A DNA stretch of 64,000 nt. Source: Promethearchaeia archaeon. Its GTDB lineage: Archaea > Asgardarchaeota > Lokiarchaeia > Sigyniarchaeales > SOKP01. The position numbers and the translations under genes were made by a program. The first letter of the stretch is position 1. Each line of letters begins with the position of its first letter. The notes beneath the pieces are model-generated. The model did no database searches. It was not told where the DNA came from and saw nothing but the letters and a program-made list of their open reading frames with translations. Of the stretch, positions 1 through 9,031 are shown piece by piece. The stretch is taken from the NCBI GenBank assembly GCA_046483985.1, contig JAWOCD010000085.1:1-64000 (forward strand), written 5' to 3'.

Positions 1-309
1 TTACCCCTTATATATCATAATTTTATCCCCAATGAAATATTACGTGCCGATTTATTTCCATTACCTTTAGGTATAATTGATGGAATATTGATATTTTTTT
101 TTCTTTATTTCACCTTTATGTCACAAGGAACTCTAATATTTTCTTTAATGATGATATTATTAATATTACCGTATTCTTATTTTACTCTCAAGGAAAAGTC
201 CTTTAAGTTTAGGATTAAGTATGTAATAGGGATAATTATTTTTCTTTTAACTATGTTAGTTTTTATTATCCTTTTTCTTCCTTTGCATAAGTTTTTTTAC
301 ATTTCATAG
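1..309 (+). CDS. C-terminal part of a hydrophobic membrane protein (5' end outside the window)
   Basis: Frame +1 is open from base 1 (LPLIYHNF...) to the TAG at 307-309 and carries several hydrophobic segments; the ORF-track start at 88 is probably internal. Confidence 0.6.
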   Translation, partial: LPLIYHNFIPNEILRADLFPLPLGIIDGILIFFFLYFTFMSQGTLIFSLMMILLILPYSYFTLKEKSFKFRIKYVIGIIIFLLTMLVFIILFLPLHKFFYIS

Positions 310-440
310 TTCTGGTTTTTCTAATTTACAGCAACTTTACTCATATCTACCCTTAATTCTGAAAAGAAGCGTGATATCTGGATCTATATGATTAAAAATT
401 ATTATAGCAAAAGGCTATACCTATTAATTTTACTTTTTAT

Positions 441-2009
441 TTAATCGTTATACCATTTCGGTTTGACCAACCTTAAATACGCTGTTTTTTCTGCGTCTCG
501 ACTTATAGTTAAGGGATTTATCTTTTCCTTCAGCGCTAATAAGGTCGACGTAATAATTTGTTTGATAAACCACCAATAATTCCATCTTCTTATCGGATTT
601 TTACTGAATAATCCTTTTACAAACCATAAGGGATTCCTAATAAATCTTGCATTGGTAAGCATCGTATATTTAGCTACCTCCTCAGTATCCAAATATTTGG
701 TTGGCATTATCGGTGTAAACCAAGAATAACGGGAAAAATCGCGAAATTCTATCCTTCCTTTTTTTTCCGCTTCATCCCATAATTCCGTACCTGGATGAGG
801 GGTAAGACAATGAAATGAAGGATAATCGACTCCTATTTTTTTGGCATAATCGGCTTGAGCGAGGATACTTTCTTTATCATCTTCCCAAATCCCATTTACA
901 AATGTCCCTTGTCTAAACACTTGAGGATAATGCTTAAGTATTTGAAAAGCGAGATAACTTTTATTTGAAGTATATCCTTTTTTGTTAAATTTTTGTATTT
1001 CCTCGGTAGATGCCCTTTCCACTCCGATTATAGTGTGGGCTAATCCAGATTCCACTAATTTTTCAAAAATCCCTGCTTTAAAGTCCCGAAGGATAAAATC
1101 AGTCCTCATAAACGCGAACCATTTACTGTCAAGTCCCCATTCTATTTTTTTTTCCGCAAATTCTTCATTCCACTTTTTATTAACATTCCATGTATCATCC
1201 ACAAAAATCATAAAATCCCTGTTATATTTATCTTCTAAAAGTTTTATCTCTTCTAATGTTTTTTCTACGCTTTTCGTCCTCCAATAGCAATTTAATTCCA
1301 GTTCTCCATTCACTAGTTCCTTTTTGGCCATGGGAAGCCAACAACTGCAAAAACTACATTCACTGATACATCCTCGACTGTGATATATGGTCGACCCGCC
1401 TTTCCAAAGTGCATTTTTGCGTTCATATCTTTCCATCGGGATAAGGTGATAGGCTGGAAAAGGCAAATCGTCCAAGTTTTTAATTAAGGGACGTGGTTTA
1501 GTGGTAATAATATTATCCTTCTTTCTAAACATTATCCCCCTTATTTCCTTTAGATTTTTTTTAAAATCTCTGTTTTTATGCTTTTTAACGATTTCTAATA
1601 AGGTTTTTTCTCCTTCTCCATAAACTATTATATCTAAAGGAGATTCTTCCGTTAAATAATATTCTGGTATATTAAAATAATGAGGTCCGCCAGCTAAGGT
1701 TAAGATATCCTCATTAACTTCCTTTGCTAGTTTTAAAACTCGTATCCCCTCATCCGCCCATGTGATTGGCTCTCCAACGCCCACTATAGTTGGATCAATA
1801 AGTTCGATGGCTCTTTTAGTTTTTTTCCATCCCCATTTATTTATACAAGAATCAACAATTTTAACCTCTATTCCGTTCTCTTCCAAATAAGCCGCTAAAC
1901 ATAATAGATTTTGGGGAGGCAAAAAATTATCCCAATAATTCACCATAGGCCATAATCTTTTAGGTCCTCTTATTAAAAGTACACTCATTTTACGGGTTAA
2001 TTTCCTCAC
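441..2009 (-). CDS. B12-binding-domain radical SAM protein (class B/BchE-like)
   Basis: N-terminal cobalamin-binding-type motifs (PPQNLLCLAAYL, AGGPH, GEGEKT); CxxxCxxC in SRGCISECSFC; FVDDTWN; TPHPGTELW. Start may be the ATG at 1988. Confidence 0.85.
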   Translation of the reverse strand: MRKLTRKMSVLLIRGPKRLWPMVNYWDNFLPPQNLLCLAAYLEENGIEVKIVDSCINKWGWKKTKRAIELIDPTIVGVGEPITWADEGIRVLKLAKEVNEDILTLAGGPHYFNIPEYYLTEESPLDIIVYGEGEKTLLEIVKKHKNRDFKKNLKEIRGIMFRKKDNIITTKPRPLIKNLDDLPFPAYHLIPMERYERKNALWKGGSTIYHSRGCISECSFCSCWLPMAKKELVNGELELNCYWRTKSVEKTLEEIKLLEDKYNRDFMIFVDDTWNVNKKWNEEFAEKKIEWGLDSKWFAFMRTDFILRDFKAGIFEKLVESGLAHTIIGVERASTEEIQKFNKKGYTSNKSYLAFQILKHYPQVFRQGTFVNGIWEDDKESILAQADYAKKIGVDYPSFHCLTPHPGTELWDEAEKKGRIEFRDFSRYSWFTPIMPTKYLDTEEVAKYTMLTNARFIRNPLWFVKGLFSKNPIRRWNYWWFIKQIITSTLLALKEKINPLTISRDAEKTAYLRLVKPKWYND

Positions 2010-2069
2010 ATTTACTCAAATGTCATGTAAAAAAAGAAATTTAGAATTAATATATATATTCTTAGAAAT

Positions 2070-4676
2070 TTATTTGAAAAACAAGATGGTCGCAGAAGGC
2101 TCTTTTATTTTCTCTTCGCTGTCTGCCTTGTCCTCTATCTCTAATTCTTCTGGACCGCTTTTTATTTCAAGATTTTCAATTCGTATGGTATTACTAATGT
2201 CTTGCTTCACCAGTTCGAGTTCTTTTTTGTATTTTTGATCCGTCTTAATTATTACTCGCGAGACCTCTTGATTTAATGCGATCTGCAAGTTTGATTTCAT
2301 TGTTCGCAATTTTTTAATTATTTGAATTGCCATTTTTCCACGTTTTGCCAATACCTCTGGAATTCCTTCGATTTTTGTCGGCCAATTTTCCAAATGAATG
2401 GATTTCTTGTCCTTATACTTTTTATAAATGATGGAGTAGATCTCCTCCGAAATAAAAGGCATGATAAAGGAAACCATTTTAAGCATTTTGTAGAATAGAA
2501 TTAAAGCATTTTTTACAGCCGTGTGTTGAGTTTTTGGTTTTTCTGAATAGAACTTGTATTTTATCGCTTCGATATAATTATCACAGAGTTCATACCAGAA
2601 GAATGGGCGTAATATGGCAAAACCCTCGTGCCAATTATATCCATCAAAATTTTCTGTGATGTTCTGGAGTTTGGTATTGAATTCTGAATAGAAGTAACAA
2701 TCTATCGGAGAGAGATCACCAAGGTCCAATTCTAAATTGTCCAAATCAATTTTCTCGATATTTAAATACAAGAACCGATAGGCATTCCAGATTTTCGTTA
2801 GAAAACGTGATGCGCCAGTTAATTGTTCAAATTTTCTCCTATATCTCTTAAAAAACTTATCTTCCGGCATTTCCTCCATTTCTTTCTTAATTTTTTCATC
2901 TGACACAGGTTGCTTCGTTTGAAGGTGATACCACGAATATTCAAAGGGATAATCATCTCCTAAAGATCCCATCGCCGCCCATTGCCGAATTGCATCTGCG
3001 CCAAATCGTGGCATAACTTCATCGGGAGATATATAATTTCCGGTACTTTTGGACATTTTTGCTCCGGATGGACCTGCAACCATTCCGTTAATCATGGTTT
3101 CATCAAAGGGCGCTTTTCCGGTTAATTTTTTACACCGAAATAACGTATAAAATAACCATGTTCGAATGATTTCGTATCCTTGAGGGCGATGCACGGTGGC
3201 ATCCATGTAGGTTTTTTGGAAAAACTCATTATCTTCGAGCCATTTGCTTATCGCTAGCGGGGTAATACTTGAATCAATCCAACAATCGCACACGTCTTTT
3301 TCCGGTTCAATTTTGGTGCTTCCACATTCGGGACATTTTCCTACCGGTGATTCTGCTTGCACAGGGTCCAAAGGTAAATCTTCTTTTCTTGCGGGAATAA
3401 TTTCTCCGCACTTTTGACAAGACCAGAAGGGAATTGGGGTTCCAAACACCCGTTGCCGGGAAATTACCCAGTTCCAATCCAAACCTTCCGCCCAATCAAT
3501 CAACCTTTGCTTATGCTTCTCGGGGTACCATTCCATTTGTTCGGCAGATTCGATTATTTCATCGGTAAAATCCTTTACATTAACGAACCATTGATCAACT
3601 GGGAGATATTCAATCGGTTGCCGACATGAGGATCGTTCGGAATGGATGATTGTACTATGCTCATAATCTTCGATTTTAGTCAATAACCCCATTTCATCCA
3701 AATCTTCGACAATCTGCTCTCGGGCCTCTTCAATAGTCATTCCTTCGTATTTGGAGTTTTCATTCATATGTCCATCCTTTGTGAAAATCTGAATTTCATC
3801 CAAATCATGTTTCAATTTCCACTTTATATCCATCTCATCGCCATAAGTACAACAGTATACCACGCCAGTTCCGAAATGCATATCAACATCTTTCTCCATA
3901 TGAATTCTTACTTTTCGATCGGCGATGGGAAGTTTAACCTCTGCGGCAGATAAATCATAATATCTATCATCTCGGGGATTAATGAACACGCCTACACATG
4001 CTTCCATATATTCTGGACGCGTAGTTGCAATTTCTACATATTCTCCTTCGCGTCCAACCAGTGGAAGTTTTATATACCATAGTTTTCCCTCCTCTTCTTG
4101 GTATCCCACCTCTGCTTTTGCGACAGAGGTTTCACAATTTACACAAAAATGGGTTGGAAATTTCTCGCGATACAACCAACCCTTCTCATAAAAATCCAAA
4201 AGAGAATACTGTACTTTATACTTATAATCATCATTCATGGTCCGATATGTGTAATCCCAATCGGTGGAATATCCCAAGTCATTGAATTGTTTGGTCATAC
4301 TCTCGATGTTATCGTCCACCCATTCAATACATTTTTCCAAAAACTTTTCCCTATTGTCTTTTGAAATTCCATAGTTTTTCGTCACTGCAAGCTCGACCGG
4401 AAGCCCGTGACAATCAAAGCCCTGGGGAAAATATACATTGTCACCCTTTAATCGATGATATCGTCCCACGAAATCGATCCAAGCATGATTTAAAATATGA
4501 CCGAGATGTAGCGTTCCTGACACGAATGGTGGAGGAGTATCAATTGAAAAAATCTGTCCATCATCCTTTATATCAAATTGATAAATATCCTCGTCTTCCC
4601 AAAATTGAGTCCATTTCTTTTCGATTTTTTTGAATTTATACCGTCTGGGATAAGTTTTTTTATTGCTCATTTTCAT
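2070..4676 (-). CDS. valS: Valine--tRNA ligase (archaeal type)
   Basis: IDTPPPFVSGTLHLGH (HIGH), GFDCHGLP, ATTRPE, WVISRQRVFGTPIP, QGYEIIRTW and KMSKS motifs. Confidence 0.95.
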   Translation of the reverse strand: MKMSNKKTYPRRYKFKKIEKKWTQFWEDEDIYQFDIKDDGQIFSIDTPPPFVSGTLHLGHILNHAWIDFVGRYHRLKGDNVYFPQGFDCHGLPVELAVTKNYGISKDNREKFLEKCIEWVDDNIESMTKQFNDLGYSTDWDYTYRTMNDDYKYKVQYSLLDFYEKGWLYREKFPTHFCVNCETSVAKAEVGYQEEEGKLWYIKLPLVGREGEYVEIATTRPEYMEACVGVFINPRDDRYYDLSAAEVKLPIADRKVRIHMEKDVDMHFGTGVVYCCTYGDEMDIKWKLKHDLDEIQIFTKDGHMNENSKYEGMTIEEAREQIVEDLDEMGLLTKIEDYEHSTIIHSERSSCRQPIEYLPVDQWFVNVKDFTDEIIESAEQMEWYPEKHKQRLIDWAEGLDWNWVISRQRVFGTPIPFWSCQKCGEIIPARKEDLPLDPVQAESPVGKCPECGSTKIEPEKDVCDCWIDSSITPLAISKWLEDNEFFQKTYMDATVHRPQGYEIIRTWLFYTLFRCKKLTGKAPFDETMINGMVAGPSGAKMSKSTGNYISPDEVMPRFGADAIRQWAAMGSLGDDYPFEYSWYHLQTKQPVSDEKIKKEMEEMPEDKFFKRYRRKFEQLTGASRFLTKIWNAYRFLYLNIEKIDLDNLELDLGDLSPIDCYFYSEFNTKLQNITENFDGYNWHEGFAILRPFFWYELCDNYIEAIKYKFYSEKPKTQHTAVKNALILFYKMLKMVSFIMPFISEEIYSIIYKKYKDKKSIHLENWPTKIEGIPEVLAKRGKMAIQIIKKLRTMKSNLQIALNQEVSRVIIKTDQKYKKELELVKQDISNTIRIENLEIKSGPEELEIEDKADSEEKIKEPSATILFFK

Positions 4677-4786
4677 TCATTAAATATCTTGATTAGTAAT
4701 CTATTTGATAATTAAGATGTAACCTTCTTCTAATTTTTCTTTTTTATTTCCATTTTTTCATTTAAAGCCTATATTTCCAAAAAAAG

Positions 4787-4890
4787 TGGACCTGACGGGA
4801 GTTGAACCCGTGACCTCTTGAATGCGAATCAAGCGTTGCAGGCAAGGGTAGATTTGTAGCCCGTACCATCTGCCACTGATCTACAGGCCC
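4787..4890 (-). tRNA. tRNA-Ala(CGC) with a 32-nt non-canonical intron at position 24/25 (intron 4836-4867)
   Basis: Minus strand reads GGGCCTG TA GATC AGTGGCA GAT[intron]C G CTTGA TTCGCAT TCAAG AGGTC ACGGG TTCAACT CCCGT CAGGTCC A. All four stems pair, the G3:U70 Ala determinant and A73 are present, and the splice sites sit in a bulge-helix motif (GCAG/CTGC helix; AT|G and AA|C). No CCA is encoded. Confidence 0.93.
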
Positions 4891-4972
4891 ATTTTCTTGT
4901 AAAATTTTATATGTACTAGAAATTAGGACAATTAATATCTTTTATCTTTTGAAATTAGATTAAAGATAAAAT

Positions 4973-5238
4973 TCAGAGTTCCGATAATCTGCTTCCGTGT
5001 ACAATAGTCAGAATCCCAATTAAATCGCTCTTAATCCAATAAATGATTCGATATCCTTGAAAAATGAATTCTTTTATGTGAAGATCGACAATCTCTGGAA
5101 CAATACGTCCAATTTTAGGGCTTCGTCATAGATCTTTTTAGAAAACGAGCAAGCATAATTTATTGAATCCCGAGCAATATTATTTTTTATTGCTTTTAGA
5201 TCTTTTAATGCTTGTTCATTTCATTCTATTCGAACCAT
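4973..5238 (-). pseudogene. Degraded RelE/ParE-family toxin
   Basis: Manual translation gives MVRIE*NEQALKDLKAIK / NIARDSINYACSFSKKIYDEA / PKIGRIVPEIVDLHIKEFIFQGYRIIYWIKSDLIGILTIVHGSRLSEL*. These are typical ParE/RelE motifs, broken by a stop at the conserved Trp, frameshifts and an internal deletion. Confidence 0.8.
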
Positions 5239-5416
5239 TTTTCGATGATGGGCTTTGCTTTTCATTGGAGAGATTTTCTCTTTCATCAGCATCCTTTATT
5301 CCGCGAAACATTTTTTCTCGGACATATAAATGATACATGATGTCTTCTACGTGTCTATCATCTGGGAGAGTTTTTAAAAACGAGCTGATTTACTCCTTTA
5401 CGTTTTCAGAAGTCAT
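5226..5416 (-). pseudogene. Degraded antitoxin of the ParE/RelE-associated type
   Basis: MTSENVKE*ISSFLKTLPDDRHVEDIMYHLYVREKMFRGIKDADE...(frameshift)AKPIIEKWFE*. The LPDD..EDI.YHLYVR.K..RG..D motif is typical of these antitoxins; in-frame TAA at 5390-5392; overlaps the toxin start. Confidence 0.75.
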
Positions 5417-5575
5417 ACTAATTATAAAATATTAAATTAAGTATCTCGGAAAGAAAAAATGTCTTAATGGATTTTCAGAATAATTTCGTATGCGGCAATT
5501 TGCGAGAGATTCGCTAAAATGATTATATCTAATAATGCCGAGATTTAAGTTTTAGACTTTCTTTTTGATTAATAT

Positions 5576-6514
5576 ATGATTAGAAAAGAGAAATTTAGAA
5601 AATTATTCGAACAGAGATTAATAAAGGATAGTGCGGAAGAGGAGATTGATATTGTACTCAGTGGGCAATACGGAAAGGCGTTAGATCTTTTGCGAGATGC
5701 GGAAGCGACTGGACTATTTCCCGCATTGGTCGGTCCTCCGGGGGTTGGAAAGACAACTTTATGCAGGTATTTCGCTAGCCTAAGAGCGAAAGAGGATAAG
5801 AACAAAAATTTTTATTGGCTCACCATGGATGAAAGTATAAAACCTGCAAACTTTATTGGCAGTTTTGACCCTGCTATTACTCTTAAGAAAGGCTTTTGTT
5901 TGGAGGCATTTAATCCGGGCCCTCTTTTAAGCGCGATGCTCCAAGGGGGAACTTTTTTAGCAAATGAAATTAACAGAGCGACGGAATATTCTCAAAATAC
6001 ATTATTAGAACCGCTAGAAGAAGCTTCTATTGATATTCCACATTTAGGACGAATTAAAGCGGATGAGAGTTTCTTTTTCATATGCGCGATGAATCCCGAA
6101 GAATTATCGGGAACGCACCGACTCTCCGATGCCCTTAAAGACAGGATTAAAGTATGGATAAAATTAACTTATCCAGAAAAACCAACAGAGTTAGATATCA
6201 TAAGAATTAATTTGCCAGAACACTTTACGATATCAGAATCCGAATTAGAATTAATCTATTCTATAGTTGATGAAAGCCGAAGAAATAAAATTGATATCGA
6301 AGTTCCCGCGTCCATAAGAGCTGGGATTGCCATGGCTAAATTACTGGGCCGTCGAAGATATTTAGAAAAAGAAAATGATAAAGAGAAGAGTTCTGTGTAC
6401 ACAACCCTCTCTGATATTGCTAAACATGTTCTTTTAGGAAGCATTAAACCCAAGCCCGGTGTAAAAGTTGAGAATATTATAGAAAAGATCCTTCAGAAGA
6501 CGTTAGGAGCGTGA
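5576..6514 (+). CDS. MoxR-family AAA+ ATPase (AAA_5-like)
   Basis: Walker A GPPGVGKTT; variant Walker B FLANEINRA; LLEPLEE; AMNP; LSDALKDR; C-terminal lid with ASIRAGI. Confidence 0.85.
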   Translation: MIRKEKFRKLFEQRLIKDSAEEEIDIVLSGQYGKALDLLRDAEATGLFPALVGPPGVGKTTLCRYFASLRAKEDKNKNFYWLTMDESIKPANFIGSFDPAITLKKGFCLEAFNPGPLLSAMLQGGTFLANEINRATEYSQNTLLEPLEEASIDIPHLGRIKADESFFFICAMNPEELSGTHRLSDALKDRIKVWIKLTYPEKPTELDIIRINLPEHFTISESELELIYSIVDESRRNKIDIEVPASIRAGIAMAKLLGRRRYLEKENDKEKSSVYTTLSDIAKHVLLGSIKPKPGVKVENIIEKILQKTLGA

Positions 6515-6521
6515 ATTAGAG

Positions 6522-9017
6522 ATGAGGATTTTTCCTGAGAATCCATGCAATTTTGCGGTAGACTTTATTAGAAGAATGAGAAAGCATCCCGATATAGTAC
6601 AAGCTCCCTCTTCTCGACAAGTTTTATCGATTCCACGCTTAATATTAGCACGTTATTATAGAAAAGGAAAAATTACTCCAAATGATTTTATAGAGATCGC
6701 TTCTGTAAGTTCTTTTCCCGAGAACCAAAAGCTGGCAAAAGATATCGCTTTCAAAGTTCTATTTCCAAATTACCAGAAGGATATAACGGATCCTTTTTTT
6801 GAAGCGAGCGGGGTAGATCAATTTGAGGAAGAAGATTTTTTAAATGAACAAATGGAATCAGAATTAGACGATTTACAAGAGATGGTCGAAGAAATTGAAT
6901 ATTCAGACTCAATCGATACGGAATTAATTCAACAACTTGAAAATTTTATGGATGAAGTTAATCAAAACCGAGATCAAGAGCCGTATAAGTCAGCTCTTCA
7001 ATTTTTTAACGATGATTCGGAATTATTTGAAGAGAAAATATCCTCTTTAGATTCTTTATTGGATGAGGCAGAAAAGAGATTACAGCAGAAGATAAATTCT
7101 CTTAATCCGAAGGATTTGAAAGCCGGATCGGAATTAGGATTAAACGATGTCATCGAGGAGAATTCCGTTCGGGATTGGGAAAAGATTACCAGTAAAGCTT
7201 TGAATGATAAAGATATTTCAAAGGATCTAAAGGGTTTGTTTCAGAAGGGAGATATCCAAGATTTAATGGAAACTTACAAATTTCTAAATGAAAGTGCTCC
7301 GGAATCTTATCAGAGAGAAAAGAACGAGATCCTAGATCAAGTAGAACATGAATTAAGTAACTTAGACGAACTTTTTCAAGCATCTAAAAAATTAGGAAAA
7401 AATCCAAGCTTTAATCAGGGAAAGGTTCTACGGAATTCCATCGAGGAAAATTCTTTTGCACATAATTTTAATTTAGCAGACTCATTAGACCAATTTTTTG
7501 GCACTGATCTACGTAAACCCTTGCTTGATGACTACAAAGAATCTCTTGAAAATCGAGGTAAAAACTTACCACTCGAAACACTTGCGAATCATCCGCTTGC
7601 CAGTAAATCTTGGAAAGATTTATTCAATAAGACCTTGCAAAATGAAGTCCAAAAAGCAATGAACAAAAAAAAGTCGAATGAATCGTTAAAATCCCTTTCT
7701 CATCAACTGCAACAATTAATGAACTCATGTACCAATATGCATTGCAGTCAAAAGATGAAAGAACGAATCCCAGATATCGTTAGAAAAACAATTGAATCAA
7801 GTAAAGATCCTCAACAATTGAAGTCAAGTGTTGAATTCCTGAGGAATATTGATTTATCTCCAGAAGCAGAGGATATTAAGAAAAAAGGCAAGGAATTAAA
7901 GATGCCGGATGAGGAAATCTATGAGTTAATTGAACCGAATTATCAACTGCTAAAGAAACTGATAGACAATCAAAAAGGGGATTTTCATAGATTATCCAAT
8001 TTAATGCAAAAGTTAAGAGATCAATTAACTCACGACAGGGTTAAGGAACTTACCCAATCGGCATTGGACACAGATAATTTAGAGGCACTGGGAGCTCTCG
8101 GCCATTTTGATTTAAATGAAGCACTAAAATCGGCCCAAGAAACTCAGGGAAAGGAGGGAATGGAAAAAATGACGGGAGCCCTTACCGCGGGTAATGGAGA
8201 AAACCTCTTGAAACAATGGTTTATCCATCGTGATGAGATTCCCGTTTCAATCAAGCCAAAAGTAAAGGAGTTGGCTAAGAAAATGCTCATTGATTTAGGC
8301 ATTTATTATTCAAGGTCTCATTTGGGGAGCGCAACAACGGGCCCGATACCGATTAATATTGTAAGACCCTATCGAATTGGTGATGATTTCGATAATATTG
8401 ACTTGGAAGAGACCCTTTTCAATCTTCTTCAAAAAGGTAAGAAGTTGGACTATATTGGATATGATGATTTTTATGTATATGAAACCGCACAGGGTTTGCG
8501 ATCTGCAGCATTAGAGCTAGATATAAGTGGTTCAATGTCCGGTGATAAATTGACATATACAGCTATATGTGCAGCTATGTTATTATACGGACTCCGAGAA
8601 GACGAAATTGCCATCTCCTTTTTTGAATCCGATGCTCATGTAATCAAAAATATGGACGATGAGAAGGACTTAGAAAAAATCGCCGAGGAAATACTTACCC
8701 TTAAAGCAAAAGGGGGAACTCGGCTCCAAAGAGCTCTTGTTTGGGCCAACCGACAATTTAAAGAAAAAACAAAATCTCGTGAGAAGTTAAACGTGTTGTT
8801 TACGGATGCGGAAATCTTTGATTTTAAAGAAGCGGTAGAGGAAATAAAAGTGATGAAATCCTTAAATGTAGATTTCATTGTTGTTGTACCAGAAGAACAA
8901 TTTAACCTCCAAGATGCGGAAAAAATGGTGAAGATCGCAGGAGGAGAATTACTAACCATAAATGATTGGGAAGAATTTCCAAAGCTTATCAGTGATATAT
9001 TAAAATCTAGATTTTAG
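6522..9017 (+). CDS. VWA (MIDAS) domain protein, MoxR partner, with long helical body and N-terminal AAA-lid-like segment
   Basis: C-terminal LELDISGSM (DxSxS), GGT and LFTDAE; preceded by an IDLEETL motif typical of CoxE/ChlD-like VWA proteins; starts 7 bp after the MoxR gene. Confidence 0.85.
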   Translation: MRIFPENPCNFAVDFIRRMRKHPDIVQAPSSRQVLSIPRLILARYYRKGKITPNDFIEIASVSSFPENQKLAKDIAFKVLFPNYQKDITDPFFEASGVDQFEEEDFLNEQMESELDDLQEMVEEIEYSDSIDTELIQQLENFMDEVNQNRDQEPYKSALQFFNDDSELFEEKISSLDSLLDEAEKRLQQKINSLNPKDLKAGSELGLNDVIEENSVRDWEKITSKALNDKDISKDLKGLFQKGDIQDLMETYKFLNESAPESYQREKNEILDQVEHELSNLDELFQASKKLGKNPSFNQGKVLRNSIEENSFAHNFNLADSLDQFFGTDLRKPLLDDYKESLENRGKNLPLETLANHPLASKSWKDLFNKTLQNEVQKAMNKKKSNESLKSLSHQLQQLMNSCTNMHCSQKMKERIPDIVRKTIESSKDPQQLKSSVEFLRNIDLSPEAEDIKKKGKELKMPDEEIYELIEPNYQLLKKLIDNQKGDFHRLSNLMQKLRDQLTHDRVKELTQSALDTDNLEALGALGHFDLNEALKSAQETQGKEGMEKMTGALTAGNGENLLKQWFIHRDEIPVSIKPKVKELAKKMLIDLGIYYSRSHLGSATTGPIPINIVRPYRIGDDFDNIDLEETLFNLLQKGKKLDYIGYDDFYVYETAQGLRSAALELDISGSMSGDKLTYTAICAAMLLYGLREDEIAISFFESDAHVIKNMDDEKDLEKIAEEILTLKAKGGTRLQRALVWANRQFKEKTKSREKLNVLFTDAEIFDFKEAVEEIKVMKSLNVDFIVVVPEEQFNLQDAEKMVKIAGGELLTINDWEEFPKLISDILKSRF

Positions 9018-9031
9018 ATTCTAAGAAAAAA

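Noticed and set aside
5221-5223. In-frame TGA in the toxin as selenocysteine or recoding
   Set aside because: It replaces a conserved Trp and is accompanied by other stops and frameshifts, consistent with decay.
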